A stretch of DNA of 64,000 nucleotides from positions 1-64,000 of the forward strand of contig CAWFFU010000004.1 of NCBI GenBank assembly GCA_963815215.1, in the 5' to 3' direction. Both the position numbers and the translations under genes were made by a program. Numbering within the stretch: position 1 is the stretch's first letter; every line of letters starts with the position of its first letter. Under the pieces are notes generated by a model, which saw only the letters and a list, made by a program, of their open reading frames with translations, ran no database searches and was not told the DNA's origin. This document shows positions 23,461 through 33,106 of this stretch, piece after piece. The stretch is from an uncultured Trueperaceae bacterium (GTDB taxonomy: Bacteria > Deinococcota > Deinococci > Deinococcales > Trueperaceae).

Positions 23461-23958
23461 ATGGGCCTGCGCGATCCTGCGCCCAACGACGACCGGCGTG
23501 TCGATGCCGGCGAGCTGTACGCCTGGGTGCGGCGGACCCGCGAGGAGCTGTTCCGGTACGCGGCCGGCGTGCCCGCGGTCGCCCTGCGGAAGACGCACCC
23601 GGCCTTCCGGGACAGCATGCTGGGGCTGATGGCGCACGTCGCAGAATGCTACCTGCATTGGACGGGCGGCGTCGGGCTCGGCATGGAGGTCGTGGAGTTG
23701 AAGCGGCCCGTCACGGAGCTCGATGACGTGCGCGCTCTGTTCCGCCGCGTGGACGACGTGGTGGAGGAAGCTTTGACCGGGCCTGGCGGGCTGGAGAGGG
23801 TGGCGATGTGGCGCGACCGGCGCCTTTCGCTGCGTTACCTGCTGCTCCATCCCGTCACGCACGAGTTCCACCACAAGGGACAGGTGACCAGCCTCGGCCG
23901 CATCCTCGGTCACCCCGTGCCCGACGGCACGGACCTCGACCTGGTGTTGCCGGACTGA
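23461..23958 (+). CDS. DinB family protein
   Basis: AHVAECY...LLHPVTHEFHHKGQ His motifs. Confidence 0.85.
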   Translation: MGLRDPAPNDDRRVDAGELYAWVRRTREELFRYAAGVPAVALRKTHPAFRDSMLGLMAHVAECYLHWTGGVGLGMEVVELKRPVTELDDVRALFRRVDDVVEEALTGPGGLERVAMWRDRRLSLRYLLLHPVTHEFHHKGQVTSLGRILGHPVPDGTDLDLVLPD

Positions 23959-24024
23959 ACGGCGTGCCGCGGGGGTCCGGCGCCGCGCTCCTCGGGGGAC
24001 GGTCACCCCGTACAATCAGGGGTC

Positions 24025-25512
24025 ATGTCGCAGAAGTCGCTCCAGGAGCAACGCCAGCAACGTCTCCGGAACTTGGAGAGCCTCGAAGAGCGGGGCTTCG
24101 AAGCGTACCCCTACCACTACCGTGCCAGCCACGCCGCCGCAGCGTTGCGCGCCGCGCACGAGGGCGCCGAGGCCGGCGCCTCCTTCCCCGACGAGGTCGT
24201 GACGCTGGCCGGGCGCGCCATGACGGTGCGCAACATGGGCAAGGTCGCCTTCGTGACGCTGCAGGATCCCAGTGGCACGCTGCAGGCCTACTTCCAGCGT
24301 GACGCGCTGGAGGCCTATAGCGCCGTCAAGAAGATCGATCTGGGCGACTGGCTCGAGGTGAGCGGCCCGCTGTTCGTGACCAAGACCGGCGAGCTGACGG
24401 TCGAGGTGCAGGCGTTCCGGCCGCTGGTCAAGAGCCTGCGCCCGTTGCCCGACAAGTACCACGGGCTCACCGACAAGGAGGCCCGCTACCGCCAGCGCTA
24501 CCTCGACCTGATGGTGAACCCGGAGGTCAAGCGGGCGTTCGTGCTGCGCAGCAGGGCCATCGCTTACCTACGGCGCCACCTCGACGGCCTGGGCTTCCTG
24601 GAGGTCGAGACCCCGGTGCTGCAGGCGGTCCCCGGCGGCGCCGAGGCGCGTCCGTTCGTGACGCACCACAACGCGCTCGACTACGACTTCCACCTGCGCA
24701 TCTCGCTGGAGCTCTACCTGAAGCGCTTGATCGTCGGCGGGTTCGATGCGGTCTACGAGATCGGGCGCAACTTCCGCAACGAGGGCATCAGCTTCAAGCA
24801 CAACCCCGAGTACACGATGCTGGAGCTCTACTGGGCCGGCCGCGACTACCTCGACATCCTGGAGCTGGTGGAGACGATGTACGGCGGCCTGGTCGAGGAG
24901 CTGACCGGCGCGACGAAGCTGACCTACCAGGGCCGGACGCTCGACTTCACGCCGCCCTGGCCCCGCGTGGACTACACCGGGTCGTTGCGCGAGCGCGCCG
25001 GCCTCGACTTCGACCCCCTCGACGAGGGGCGTCTGCGCGCCTGGGTACGGGAGCGGCACGCGCCGGCCGCCGGCGAGCCGGCGCTCGCCGAGCAGCCCAT
25101 CAATCACGTCTACGACAAGCTCTACGACATCTATGTGGAGCCGCATCTGATCGGTCCGGTGTTCGTGATGGACCACCCGGAGGCGATCAGCCCGCTCGCC
25201 AAGCGCCATCGGTCGCGTCCCGGGCTGGTCGAGCGCTTCGAGCCGGTGGCCGCCGGGATGGAGCTCGGCAACGCCTTCAGCGAGCTCAACGATCCCCTCG
25301 ATCAGCGGCGCCGCTTCGAGCTTCAGCAGGCGCTGCGCGACTCCGGTGACGAGGAGGCCCAGATGCTCGACGAGGACTTCCTGACGGCGCTCGAGTACGG
25401 TATGCCGCCGACCGGCGGCCTGGGCCTGGGCATCGACCGGCTGGCCATGCTGCTCGCCGACACCCCCAGCATCCGCGACGTCATCCTGTTCCCACTGCTC
25501 CGGCCTGAGTAG
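24025..25512 (+). CDS. lysS: Lysine--tRNA ligase (class II)
   Basis: [41 protein letters not shown]; leaderless TACAAT-N8-ATG. Confidence 0.98.
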   Translation: MSQKSLQEQRQQRLRNLESLEERGFEAYPYHYRASHAAAALRAAHEGAEAGASFPDEVVTLAGRAMTVRNMGKVAFVTLQDPSGTLQAYFQRDALEAYSAVKKIDLGDWLEVSGPLFVTKTGELTVEVQAFRPLVKSLRPLPDKYHGLTDKEARYRQRYLDLMVNPEVKRAFVLRSRAIAYLRRHLDGLGFLEVETPVLQAVPGGAEARPFVTHHNALDYDFHLRISLELYLKRLIVGGFDAVYEIGRNFRNEGISFKHNPEYTMLELYWAGRDYLDILELVETMYGGLVEELTGATKLTYQGRTLDFTPPWPRVDYTGSLRERAGLDFDPLDEGRLRAWVRERHAPAAGEPALAEQPINHVYDKLYDIYVEPHLIGPVFVMDHPEAISPLAKRHRSRPGLVERFEPVAAGMELGNAFSELNDPLDQRRRFELQQALRDSGDEEAQMLDEDFLTALEYGMPPTGGLGLGIDRLAMLLADTPSIRDVILFPLLRPE

Positions 25513-25571
25513 CCCCGACGACCTCGGCCCGGGCGTCCGGGCGGGTGTCGGGGATCGTGTCGGTGGTCGCC

Positions 25572-25787
25572 TCAGGCCGCCGGTTCGGAGGGGCCCTCCG
25601 AAGAGGCTTCCAACTCCTGCTGTGCACGGCGCCACAGCACGGTGTAGAGCCGGTCGAGCAACGCCTTGCGGTCGTTCTCGGCGAGTTCGTCGTCGCGGCG
25701 GATCTCCACCATCAAGTCGCCGAGGTCGGGGATGGGCCAGGAGCCGACGCGCTCCAGCAGATACGCGAACTGCTCGAAGCTCGGCAT
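25572..25787 (-). CDS. Small helical hypothetical protein (71 aa)
   Basis: SD GGAGG then ATG; MPSFEQFAYLLERV... looks amphipathic and has typical codons. Confidence 0.7.
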   Translation of the reverse strand: MPSFEQFAYLLERVGSWPIPDLGDLMVEIRRDDELAENDRKALLDRLYTVLWRRAQQELEASSEGPSEPAA

Positions 25788-26000
25788 GCCCGCCTCCCTC
25801 CCCGATCGCGGTCGCTCTACCGCCCCCGTTGCGCGCGTCCCGCTCCCGCTATGGGCTTGCCTGCTTCCGAGTGTAGGCGCGCGCCCGGCCCGCCTACAGG
25901 GCCATACGTCCTCTCCTGGACGTGACTCCTGGCGCCGGCGTCGGTGCCGGTGCGGGATGCGCACACGGCGGTCCCCGGCCGGCTTCGTACAATGGGCGGC

Positions 26001-27443
<1,443 letters not shown>

Positions 27444-27475
27444 GGGTCCTGGACGGCTGAGGCAAGCGTGCCCGG

Positions 27476-27835
27476 CTAGCCAGGTTGCGCCCGCGGCGTC
27501 ACCGCGGCGCCGTCGGTCTCACCGGTACGGATGCGCACGACCCGGTCGACCGGGAGCACGAAGATCTTGCCGTCGCCGACATCGCCGGTGCGCGCGCCAC
27601 GCAGGATGGCGTCGACGGCGGGCTCGACGAACGCTTCCGTGACGCCGATGTCGAGTCGGACCTTCTCCACCAGCTCCATCTTGACGCTCATGCCGCGGTA
27701 GGTCTGCACGGGCTCGCGCTCGCCGCCGTGGCCCCGCACCGGGGTGACCGTGATGCCGTAGATCGACGCCTCGAACAGAGCGGCCAGAACGTCGTTCAGG
27801 CGCTCCTTGCGGATCACGGCGCTGACCAGCTTCAC
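27476..27835 (-). CDS. glnK: P-II nitrogen regulator, copy 1
   Basis: GHGG...YRG T-loop, TGDVGDGKIF, RIRTGE; GTGA overlap with the amt stop. Confidence 0.93.
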   Translation of the reverse strand: MKLVSAVIRKERLNDVLAALFEASIYGITVTPVRGHGGEREPVQTYRGMSVKMELVEKVRLDIGVTEAFVEPAVDAILRGARTGDVGDGKIFVLPVDRVVRIRTGETDGAAVTPRAQPG

Positions 27836-29343
27836 GCTTCGCTCCCGGCGGGGCTGGTGATGCCGGGAGGGCGTGGCTCGAGCCGTGCCGCGGGCAAGAG
27901 CAGCGCACCTTCGCCGTCGGTGTAGGCCTCCTCGCCGTGCATGCCGACGTCGAGACCCTGCGCCTCGGTGTCGGCGTCGGCGCGGAGCGGCGTGAAGAGT
28001 CCCACCAGGCCGGCGACCGCCAGCGTCCCCACGGCGCTGAAGACCAGCGCGCAGGTCACGGCCAGCGCCTGGATGCCGAGCTGCGTCAACGAGCCGTCCA
28101 CGGGAGCGCCCCACGCCCGGCTGGCGAACACGCCGGTGAGCAGCGCGCCGCTGATGCCGCCCACACCGTGTGCGGCGAACACGTCGAGGGCGTCGTCGAG
28201 CCGGCTGCGAGCGCGCCACAGCATGAGCAGGTAGCTGGGTAGCGCGGCCAGCGCGCCGATCGCCAGTGCGGCCGACGGTCCCACGAAGCCGGCGGCCGGG
28301 GTGATCGCCACCAGCCCGACCACCATGCCCGTGGCGATACCGACGGCGGTGACGCGACCGCCGCGCGCCATGTCGAGCAGCGCCCACACCACCAGGGTGG
28401 CCGCAGGCGCCAGCAGTGTGTTGACGAACGCCAGCACCGCGGTGGCGTTGGCGGCCTGCGCACTGCCGGCGTTGAAGCCGAACCAGCCGAACCAGAGCAG
28501 CCCGGCGCCGAGCAACGTGTAGGGGACCTGGTGGGGGAGCATCGCCTTGCGTCCGTAGTCGCGGCGCCGGCCCAGCAGCACCGCGAGCACCGCCGCGGCG
28601 ACACCGGCGTTGATGTGCACCACGGTGCCTCCGGCGAAGTCGAGGGCTCCCAGCTGTTGCAGGAAGCCGCCGCCCCACACCCACTTCGCGAGCGGTGCGT
28701 ACACGACGAGGCTCCACAGCGCGATCACCAGCATGTAGGCGCCGAAGCGCATGCGCTCGACCACCGCGCCCGAGATCAGCGCGGCGCTGATCATGGCGAA
28801 GGTGGCCTGGAAGGCGAAGCCCAGCAGGGCCGGCAGCCCGCTGCCGCCGGCGGTGCCGAGGCCGCGCAGGAAGGCGTGGGCGAATCCGCCGAGCCAGGCC
28901 GAGCCGGGCGCGAAGGCCAGCGAGTAGCCCACCGCGGCGAAGGTGAGCCCCACCACGCCGAGCGCGACGAAGCTCATCATCATGGTGTTGAGCACGTTCT
29001 TGCTGCGCACCAGGCCGCCGTAGAAGAACGCCAACCCCACCACCATCAGTAACACCAGGGCGGTCGATGCCATCATCCAGGCGAGGTCGCCGGCGGGCAC
29101 CGCCGCCTGGGTGGCGGCCGCGAGGGCGGCGGCCGGAGGGTCGGCGGCGAGCGCGCCACCGGCCGACACCGCCAGCGCGCCCACGGCCACGTGCCTCGCT
29201 CCGCGCGCAACGGTACGCGCCACGCCGTGCGCCACGCCGTGCGCAACGGTGCGCGCCGCGCCGTGCTTCGCGCCATGCGTCACGCCGCGCCGCGACCGTG
29301 GCGGGGCCGAACGGGGGCGGATCGGTGGGCTGGGGCGGCGCAT
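27832..29343 (-). CDS. amtB: Ammonium transporter (AmtB type), copy 1
   Basis: FYGGLVRSKN, DFAGGTVVH, WFGWFGFNAGS, DDALDVFAAHG. Confidence 0.95.
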   Translation of the reverse strand: MRRPSPPIRPRSAPPRSRRGVTHGAKHGAARTVAHGVAHGVARTVARGARHVAVGALAVSAGGALAADPPAAALAAATQAAVPAGDLAWMMASTALVLLMVVGLAFFYGGLVRSKNVLNTMMMSFVALGVVGLTFAAVGYSLAFAPGSAWLGGFAHAFLRGLGTAGGSGLPALLGFAFQATFAMISAALISGAVVERMRFGAYMLVIALWSLVVYAPLAKWVWGGGFLQQLGALDFAGGTVVHINAGVAAAVLAVLLGRRRDYGRKAMLPHQVPYTLLGAGLLWFGWFGFNAGSAQAANATAVLAFVNTLLAPAATLVVWALLDMARGGRVTAVGIATGMVVGLVAITPAAGFVGPSAALAIGALAALPSYLLMLWRARSRLDDALDVFAAHGVGGISGALLTGVFASRAWGAPVDGSLTQLGIQALAVTCALVFSAVGTLAVAGLVGLFTPLRADADTEAQGLDVGMHGEEAYTDGEGALLLPAARLEPRPPGITSPAGSEA

Positions 29344-29391
29344 GCGGACCTCCGGGCGGCCGCGGATGCACCGCGGGCCGTGGGATGGTCG

Positions 29392-29428
29392 AGGCTAGCA
29401 CGGTCGTGGCGGAGCGTCAAAGCAAGAG
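29392..29428 (-). promoter_or_regulatory. sigma70 promoter of amt copy 1 with upstream CTCTTGCT motif
   Basis: TTGACG-N17-TAGCCT. Confidence 0.7.
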
Positions 29429-29522
29429 TGTCCGAATGACCAAGGGAGCGTGAACGTACGGCGGCGCGAGGGGGTCCTGCGGCGCGAGTGTCATGAAGAA
29501 AGGGACCGCCGAGCAATAGATC

Positions 29523-29566
29523 CATGAACAGCGCGCGCCGGGTCGTCCGGGCGCGCGCTGTTCATG
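29523..29566. terminator. 17-bp-stem hairpin between the two amt-glnK units
   Basis: CATGAACAGCGCGCGCC...GGCGCGCGCTGTTCATG. Confidence 0.65.
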
Positions 29567-29605
29567 TGAGGCCTTGGGGTCCGGCCCCCGCACGGGGTAC
29601 CGGCG

Positions 29606-29977
29606 TCAGGCAGGGGCGGCCAGGGGAGGCCCGACGGGCGTCAAGGCCTCGCCGTCCTCCTCTCCCGTGCGGATGCGGACCACCCGTTCCAGCGGCTGGA
29701 CGAAGATCTTGCCGTCCCCCACCTCTCCGGTGCGGGCGGAGCGCACGATGGCGTCGATGGTCGGCGACACGAATGCGTCCGAGACCGCGATGGTCAGCTG
29801 GACCTTCTCGTGGAACTCGACCAGGAAGGTGCTTCCGCGGTACTGCTCGTGGATGGCGGCCTGCCCCCCGTGGCCGCTCACCCGGTTCATGGTGATCCCC
29901 TGCACGCCTGCTTTGAAGAGGGCCTCCTTGACCATGTTGAGGCGGTCCGGCCGGACGAAAGCGGTGATCAGCTTCAT
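29606..29977 (-). CDS. glnK: P-II nitrogen regulator, copy 2
   Basis: MKLITAFVRP, GHGG..YRG, TGEVGDGKIF. Confidence 0.93.
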   Translation of the reverse strand: MKLITAFVRPDRLNMVKEALFKAGVQGITMNRVSGHGGQAAIHEQYRGSTFLVEFHEKVQLTIAVSDAFVSPTIDAIVRSARTGEVGDGKIFVQPLERVVRIRTGEEDGEALTPVGPPLAAPA

Positions 29978-30005
29978 GTGCACGCTCCTTCGAGGCCGCT
30001 AGGCC

Positions 30006-31448
30006 TCAGTCGCCTGCCCCGACGATCACGGGCTCGCGAAGTGCATCCGCGGGCACGTAGGCTTCGGCGCCGTGCTCGGCCACGTCGAGCCCACCGATCT
30101 CCTCGTGCGGGGCCACGCGGATCCCCATGGTGGCCTTGAGGAACATCCACAGCAGCGCCACCGAGCCGAACGCCAGGGCGCTGATGACGACGGTCCCGAG
30201 GATCTGGATGAGCAGGAAGTGCACCCCGCCGCCGGCGAAGAGGCCGTTGGCGCCGAGCGCCGGCAGGCCGAACAGGCCCAGGGAGATGGTGCCCCACATG
30301 CCGGCCACGCCGTGGACCGAAACGGCGCCGACGGGGTCGTCCACGCCCAGGGCATCGACGACCGGGATGGCCAGCACCACGATCACGCCGGCCGCCAGAC
30401 CGATGACGATGGCCGCGGGGGGGCTGACGAAGGCGCAGGGCGCTGTGATGGCAACGAGCCCCGCGAGCAGGCCGTTCATGGTCATCGAGAAGTCAGGCTT
30501 GCCGAAGCGCATCCACGACACCATCATCGACGACACGCCGGCGGCGGCGGCGGCGATGTTGGTCGTCAGGAAGATGCGGGCGACCAGCCCGGGTTCGCCG
30601 ACGATGCCCATGGTGGAGCCCGGATTGAAGCCGAACCAGCCGAGCCACAGGATGAACACGCCGAGCGCCACGAAAGTCATGTTGTGCCCCGGCATGGCGT
30701 TGACCTTGCCGTTGGTGTAGCGACCGATGCGCGGCCCCAGCACCGCGGCGGCACCGAGTGCGGCGAACCCGCCGACGGCGTGGACCACGGTCGAGCCGGC
30801 GAAATCGAGGAAGCCCAGCTGGGCGAGCCAGCCGCCGCCCCAGACCCAGTGGCCGAGGATGCTGTAGATGAAGGTGGTCATCACGACCGAGAAGACCAGG
30901 TAGGCCGGGAACTTCACCCGGCCCCCGATCGCCCCCGAAACGATGGTCGCAGCGGTGCCGGCGAACACGAGCTGGAAGAAGAACTTCGCGAAGAGCGGAA
31001 CGCCGGTCCACGACAGCGATTCGAAGATGCCCTTGTAGGCGCTGCCGGTCAGCGGGCTGAGGTCGGGGCCGTTGAGGAACCAGCCGTGGAGGCCCAGCAG
31101 CCCGGTGCCGTTGCCGAACATGAAAGCGAAGCCGAAGGCCCAGAAAGCGATCGACGCCACCATGAAGTCCGAGGCGTTCTTCATCAGGATGTTGACGACG
31201 TTCTTGGCGCTCTGCAACCCGGCTTCGACCAGGGCGAAGCCCGCCTGCATGAAGAAGACGAGCGCACCGGTGATCAGGACCCAGAGGGTATCGACTGCCA
31301 CGGTGACCTTGGACGTGGCGTCGGCGGACTGGGCTCCGGCGAGACCCGCGAGGACCACGGCGGCGACGACGGGGAGGGCCCGGCGGAGGGACGCGCGTTC
31401 GATGGACTTGGCAGCGGCCGGGTGGGCTGTCGGAGTACGGGGCTTCAT
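30006..31448 (-). CDS. amt: Ammonium transporter (different subtype), copy 2
   Basis: FFMQAGFALVEAG, DFAGSTVVH, DDPVGAVSVHG; SD GGAGGTG then ATG 31448. Confidence 0.94.
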   Translation of the reverse strand: MKPRTPTAHPAAAKSIERASLRRALPVVAAVVLAGLAGAQSADATSKVTVAVDTLWVLITGALVFFMQAGFALVEAGLQSAKNVVNILMKNASDFMVASIAFWAFGFAFMFGNGTGLLGLHGWFLNGPDLSPLTGSAYKGIFESLSWTGVPLFAKFFFQLVFAGTAATIVSGAIGGRVKFPAYLVFSVVMTTFIYSILGHWVWGGGWLAQLGFLDFAGSTVVHAVGGFAALGAAAVLGPRIGRYTNGKVNAMPGHNMTFVALGVFILWLGWFGFNPGSTMGIVGEPGLVARIFLTTNIAAAAAGVSSMMVSWMRFGKPDFSMTMNGLLAGLVAITAPCAFVSPPAAIVIGLAAGVIVVLAIPVVDALGVDDPVGAVSVHGVAGMWGTISLGLFGLPALGANGLFAGGGVHFLLIQILGTVVISALAFGSVALLWMFLKATMGIRVAPHEEIGGLDVAEHGAEAYVPADALREPVIVGAGD

Positions 31449-31620
31449 CGTCACCTCCAGGGGTGGTGCGCTTCCGCGCAGGACGGGATCGGGTGTCATG
31501 CCGCGCCGTGGGTCGCGAGAGGCGGGCGTGGGATGCGATCGGGCGTCCTTCGCCGGGCGAGCGGCCCGGCTGTCCTCCTCCCGGCGCGCCCTCGTCGAGG
31601 GGGCCGGTCGGGCTTGGCCC

Positions 31621-31685
31621 AGCATAGGTGCGAAACTATACGCTGTCAAGCAAGAAGTTGCTTGATGTTAAGCAAGAGCGTGACA
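31621..31685 (-). promoter_or_regulatory. sigma70 promoter of amt copy 2 with repeated TTGCTT operator-like motifs
   Basis: TTGACA-N17-TATGCT; palindrome TCAAGCAA-GAAG-TTGCTTGA at 31646-31665. Confidence 0.75.
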
Positions 31686-31890
31686 GTGTGCATGAATGAG
31701 CCACATGGAGAGTGCGATGGGTCCATATTATGTGCTCGATGTACGCAGTATGGGTTACAGCGTGTCAGCAAAGAACCGTCGCGCCCGGCTTGCCGAGCGC
31801 GACGGTTCGGCCGGGGCGCTGCAGGGAGCGCCACCGACCGCTGTAGCGCTGTCCGTGCCTGCCGCCGCCGGCAGGCACGGACAGCGCCGG

Positions 31891-32964
31891 CTACAGTTCC
31901 TGCAGCAGGATGCGGCTCTCGTCGCCGATGATGAGCCGGTGCGTGCTGGGACGGCCGTGGTGCCCCTCGACGCGCACGTCCTCGCCGATGAGGCTCCCCT
32001 GGATGCGGGGGCCGACCCCTGCGATGACCGAGCGCGCACCCACCACGGTGTACTCGATCTCGGCGTTGACGACCCGGACCCCGTCGCCGATGGAGGTGAA
32101 GGGTCCGAGGTAGGCGTTCTCCACGTGAGCGTCGCGCCCGATGATGGCGGGGCCGAAGATGGTCGTGTTGCGGACGACGGCCCCCTCCTCGATCAGCACC
32201 TCGCCTACCAGCGTTGCCCCCTCTGCCTCGCCCCACACCGCGCCCTTCAGGCGCATGAGCTCGAGCCGATTGGCGTCGAGGATGTCTTCGGGCTTGCCGG
32301 TGTCCTTCCACCAGCCCGTCACCTCGACCGGGACCACCTCGAAACCCGCGGTGATGAGCATCTGGATGGCGTCGGTGATCTGGTACTCGCCCTTGGCGCC
32401 GGGCTCGAGGTCGTCGATCATGGCGTGGATGGTCTTGTCGAACACGTAGACGCCGGCGACGGCCAGCGTACTAGGCGGGTCCTGCGGCTTCTCAACCAGC
32501 CGCGTGATGCGCGAGTTCTCGACCACTGCCACGCCGAGCGAGCGGGCGGCCTCGCTCGACACCGGCACCAGCGCGCAGACGGCGTTGGTGCCCTTCTCCG
32601 GGTCGAAGGAGCGCACGAAGCTGGTGATGCCGTGCTCGAACAGGTTGTCGGAGAGGTACATGACGAACGGATCGTCGGCGAGGAACGCGCGGGCGACCTT
32701 GACGGCATGGGCGAGGCCCTGCGGCGGGTTCTGAAGGATATAGCTGAAGCGTGCTCCCCGGTAACCCGAGAGCGTCTCCTTGATGCTGTCCACCGTCAGG
32801 TAGCTGACGACCACGCCGATGTCGGTCACGCCGGCTTCGACCAGGTTGTCGACCGCGTAGTGGATGAGCGGCTTGTTGGCCACGCTGATCGTCGGTTTGG
32901 GGCGGAGGCTGGTGATCGGCCGCAGGCGTGTTCCCAGGCCCGCGGCGAGGATGAGTCCCTTCAT
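31891..32964 (-). CDS. rmlA: Glucose-1-phosphate thymidylyltransferase, long form
   Basis: GLILAAGLGTRLRP, VEKP, WKDTG, C-terminal hexapeptide-like repeats. Confidence 0.92.
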   Translation of the reverse strand: MKGLILAAGLGTRLRPITSLRPKPTISVANKPLIHYAVDNLVEAGVTDIGVVVSYLTVDSIKETLSGYRGARFSYILQNPPQGLAHAVKVARAFLADDPFVMYLSDNLFEHGITSFVRSFDPEKGTNAVCALVPVSSEAARSLGVAVVENSRITRLVEKPQDPPSTLAVAGVYVFDKTIHAMIDDLEPGAKGEYQITDAIQMLITAGFEVVPVEVTGWWKDTGKPEDILDANRLELMRLKGAVWGEAEGATLVGEVLIEEGAVVRNTTIFGPAIIGRDAHVENAYLGPFTSIGDGVRVVNAEIEYTVVGARSVIAGVGPRIQGSLIGEDVRVEGHHGRPSTHRLIIGDESRILLQEL

Positions 32965-32981
32965 GCCGTTTCCTCTCTCAT
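32961..32981 (-). CDS. Putative leaderless leader peptide MREETA coupled to rmlA
   Basis: TACCAT(32995-90)-N8-ATG; TGA overlaps the rmlA ATG (ATGA). Confidence 0.5.
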   Translation of the reverse strand: MREETA

Positions 32982-33106
32982 GACGATCGATGGTACCGCA
33001 GGCGCCCCCGAGGCGCGGCCCGGTCCGCGGCCGGGGTACCGGGAGTTGTCCTCTCGCGTGCGCCGCCGCCACCTCGTGCCCGCGACCCCGCCGCTAGCAT
33101 GGGGGC

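Noticed and set aside
27476..29401. 641-aa ORF suggesting an Amt-GlnK fusion
   Set aside because: It is an off-frame GC-rich read-through; glnK starts at GTG 27835, overlapping the amt stop.
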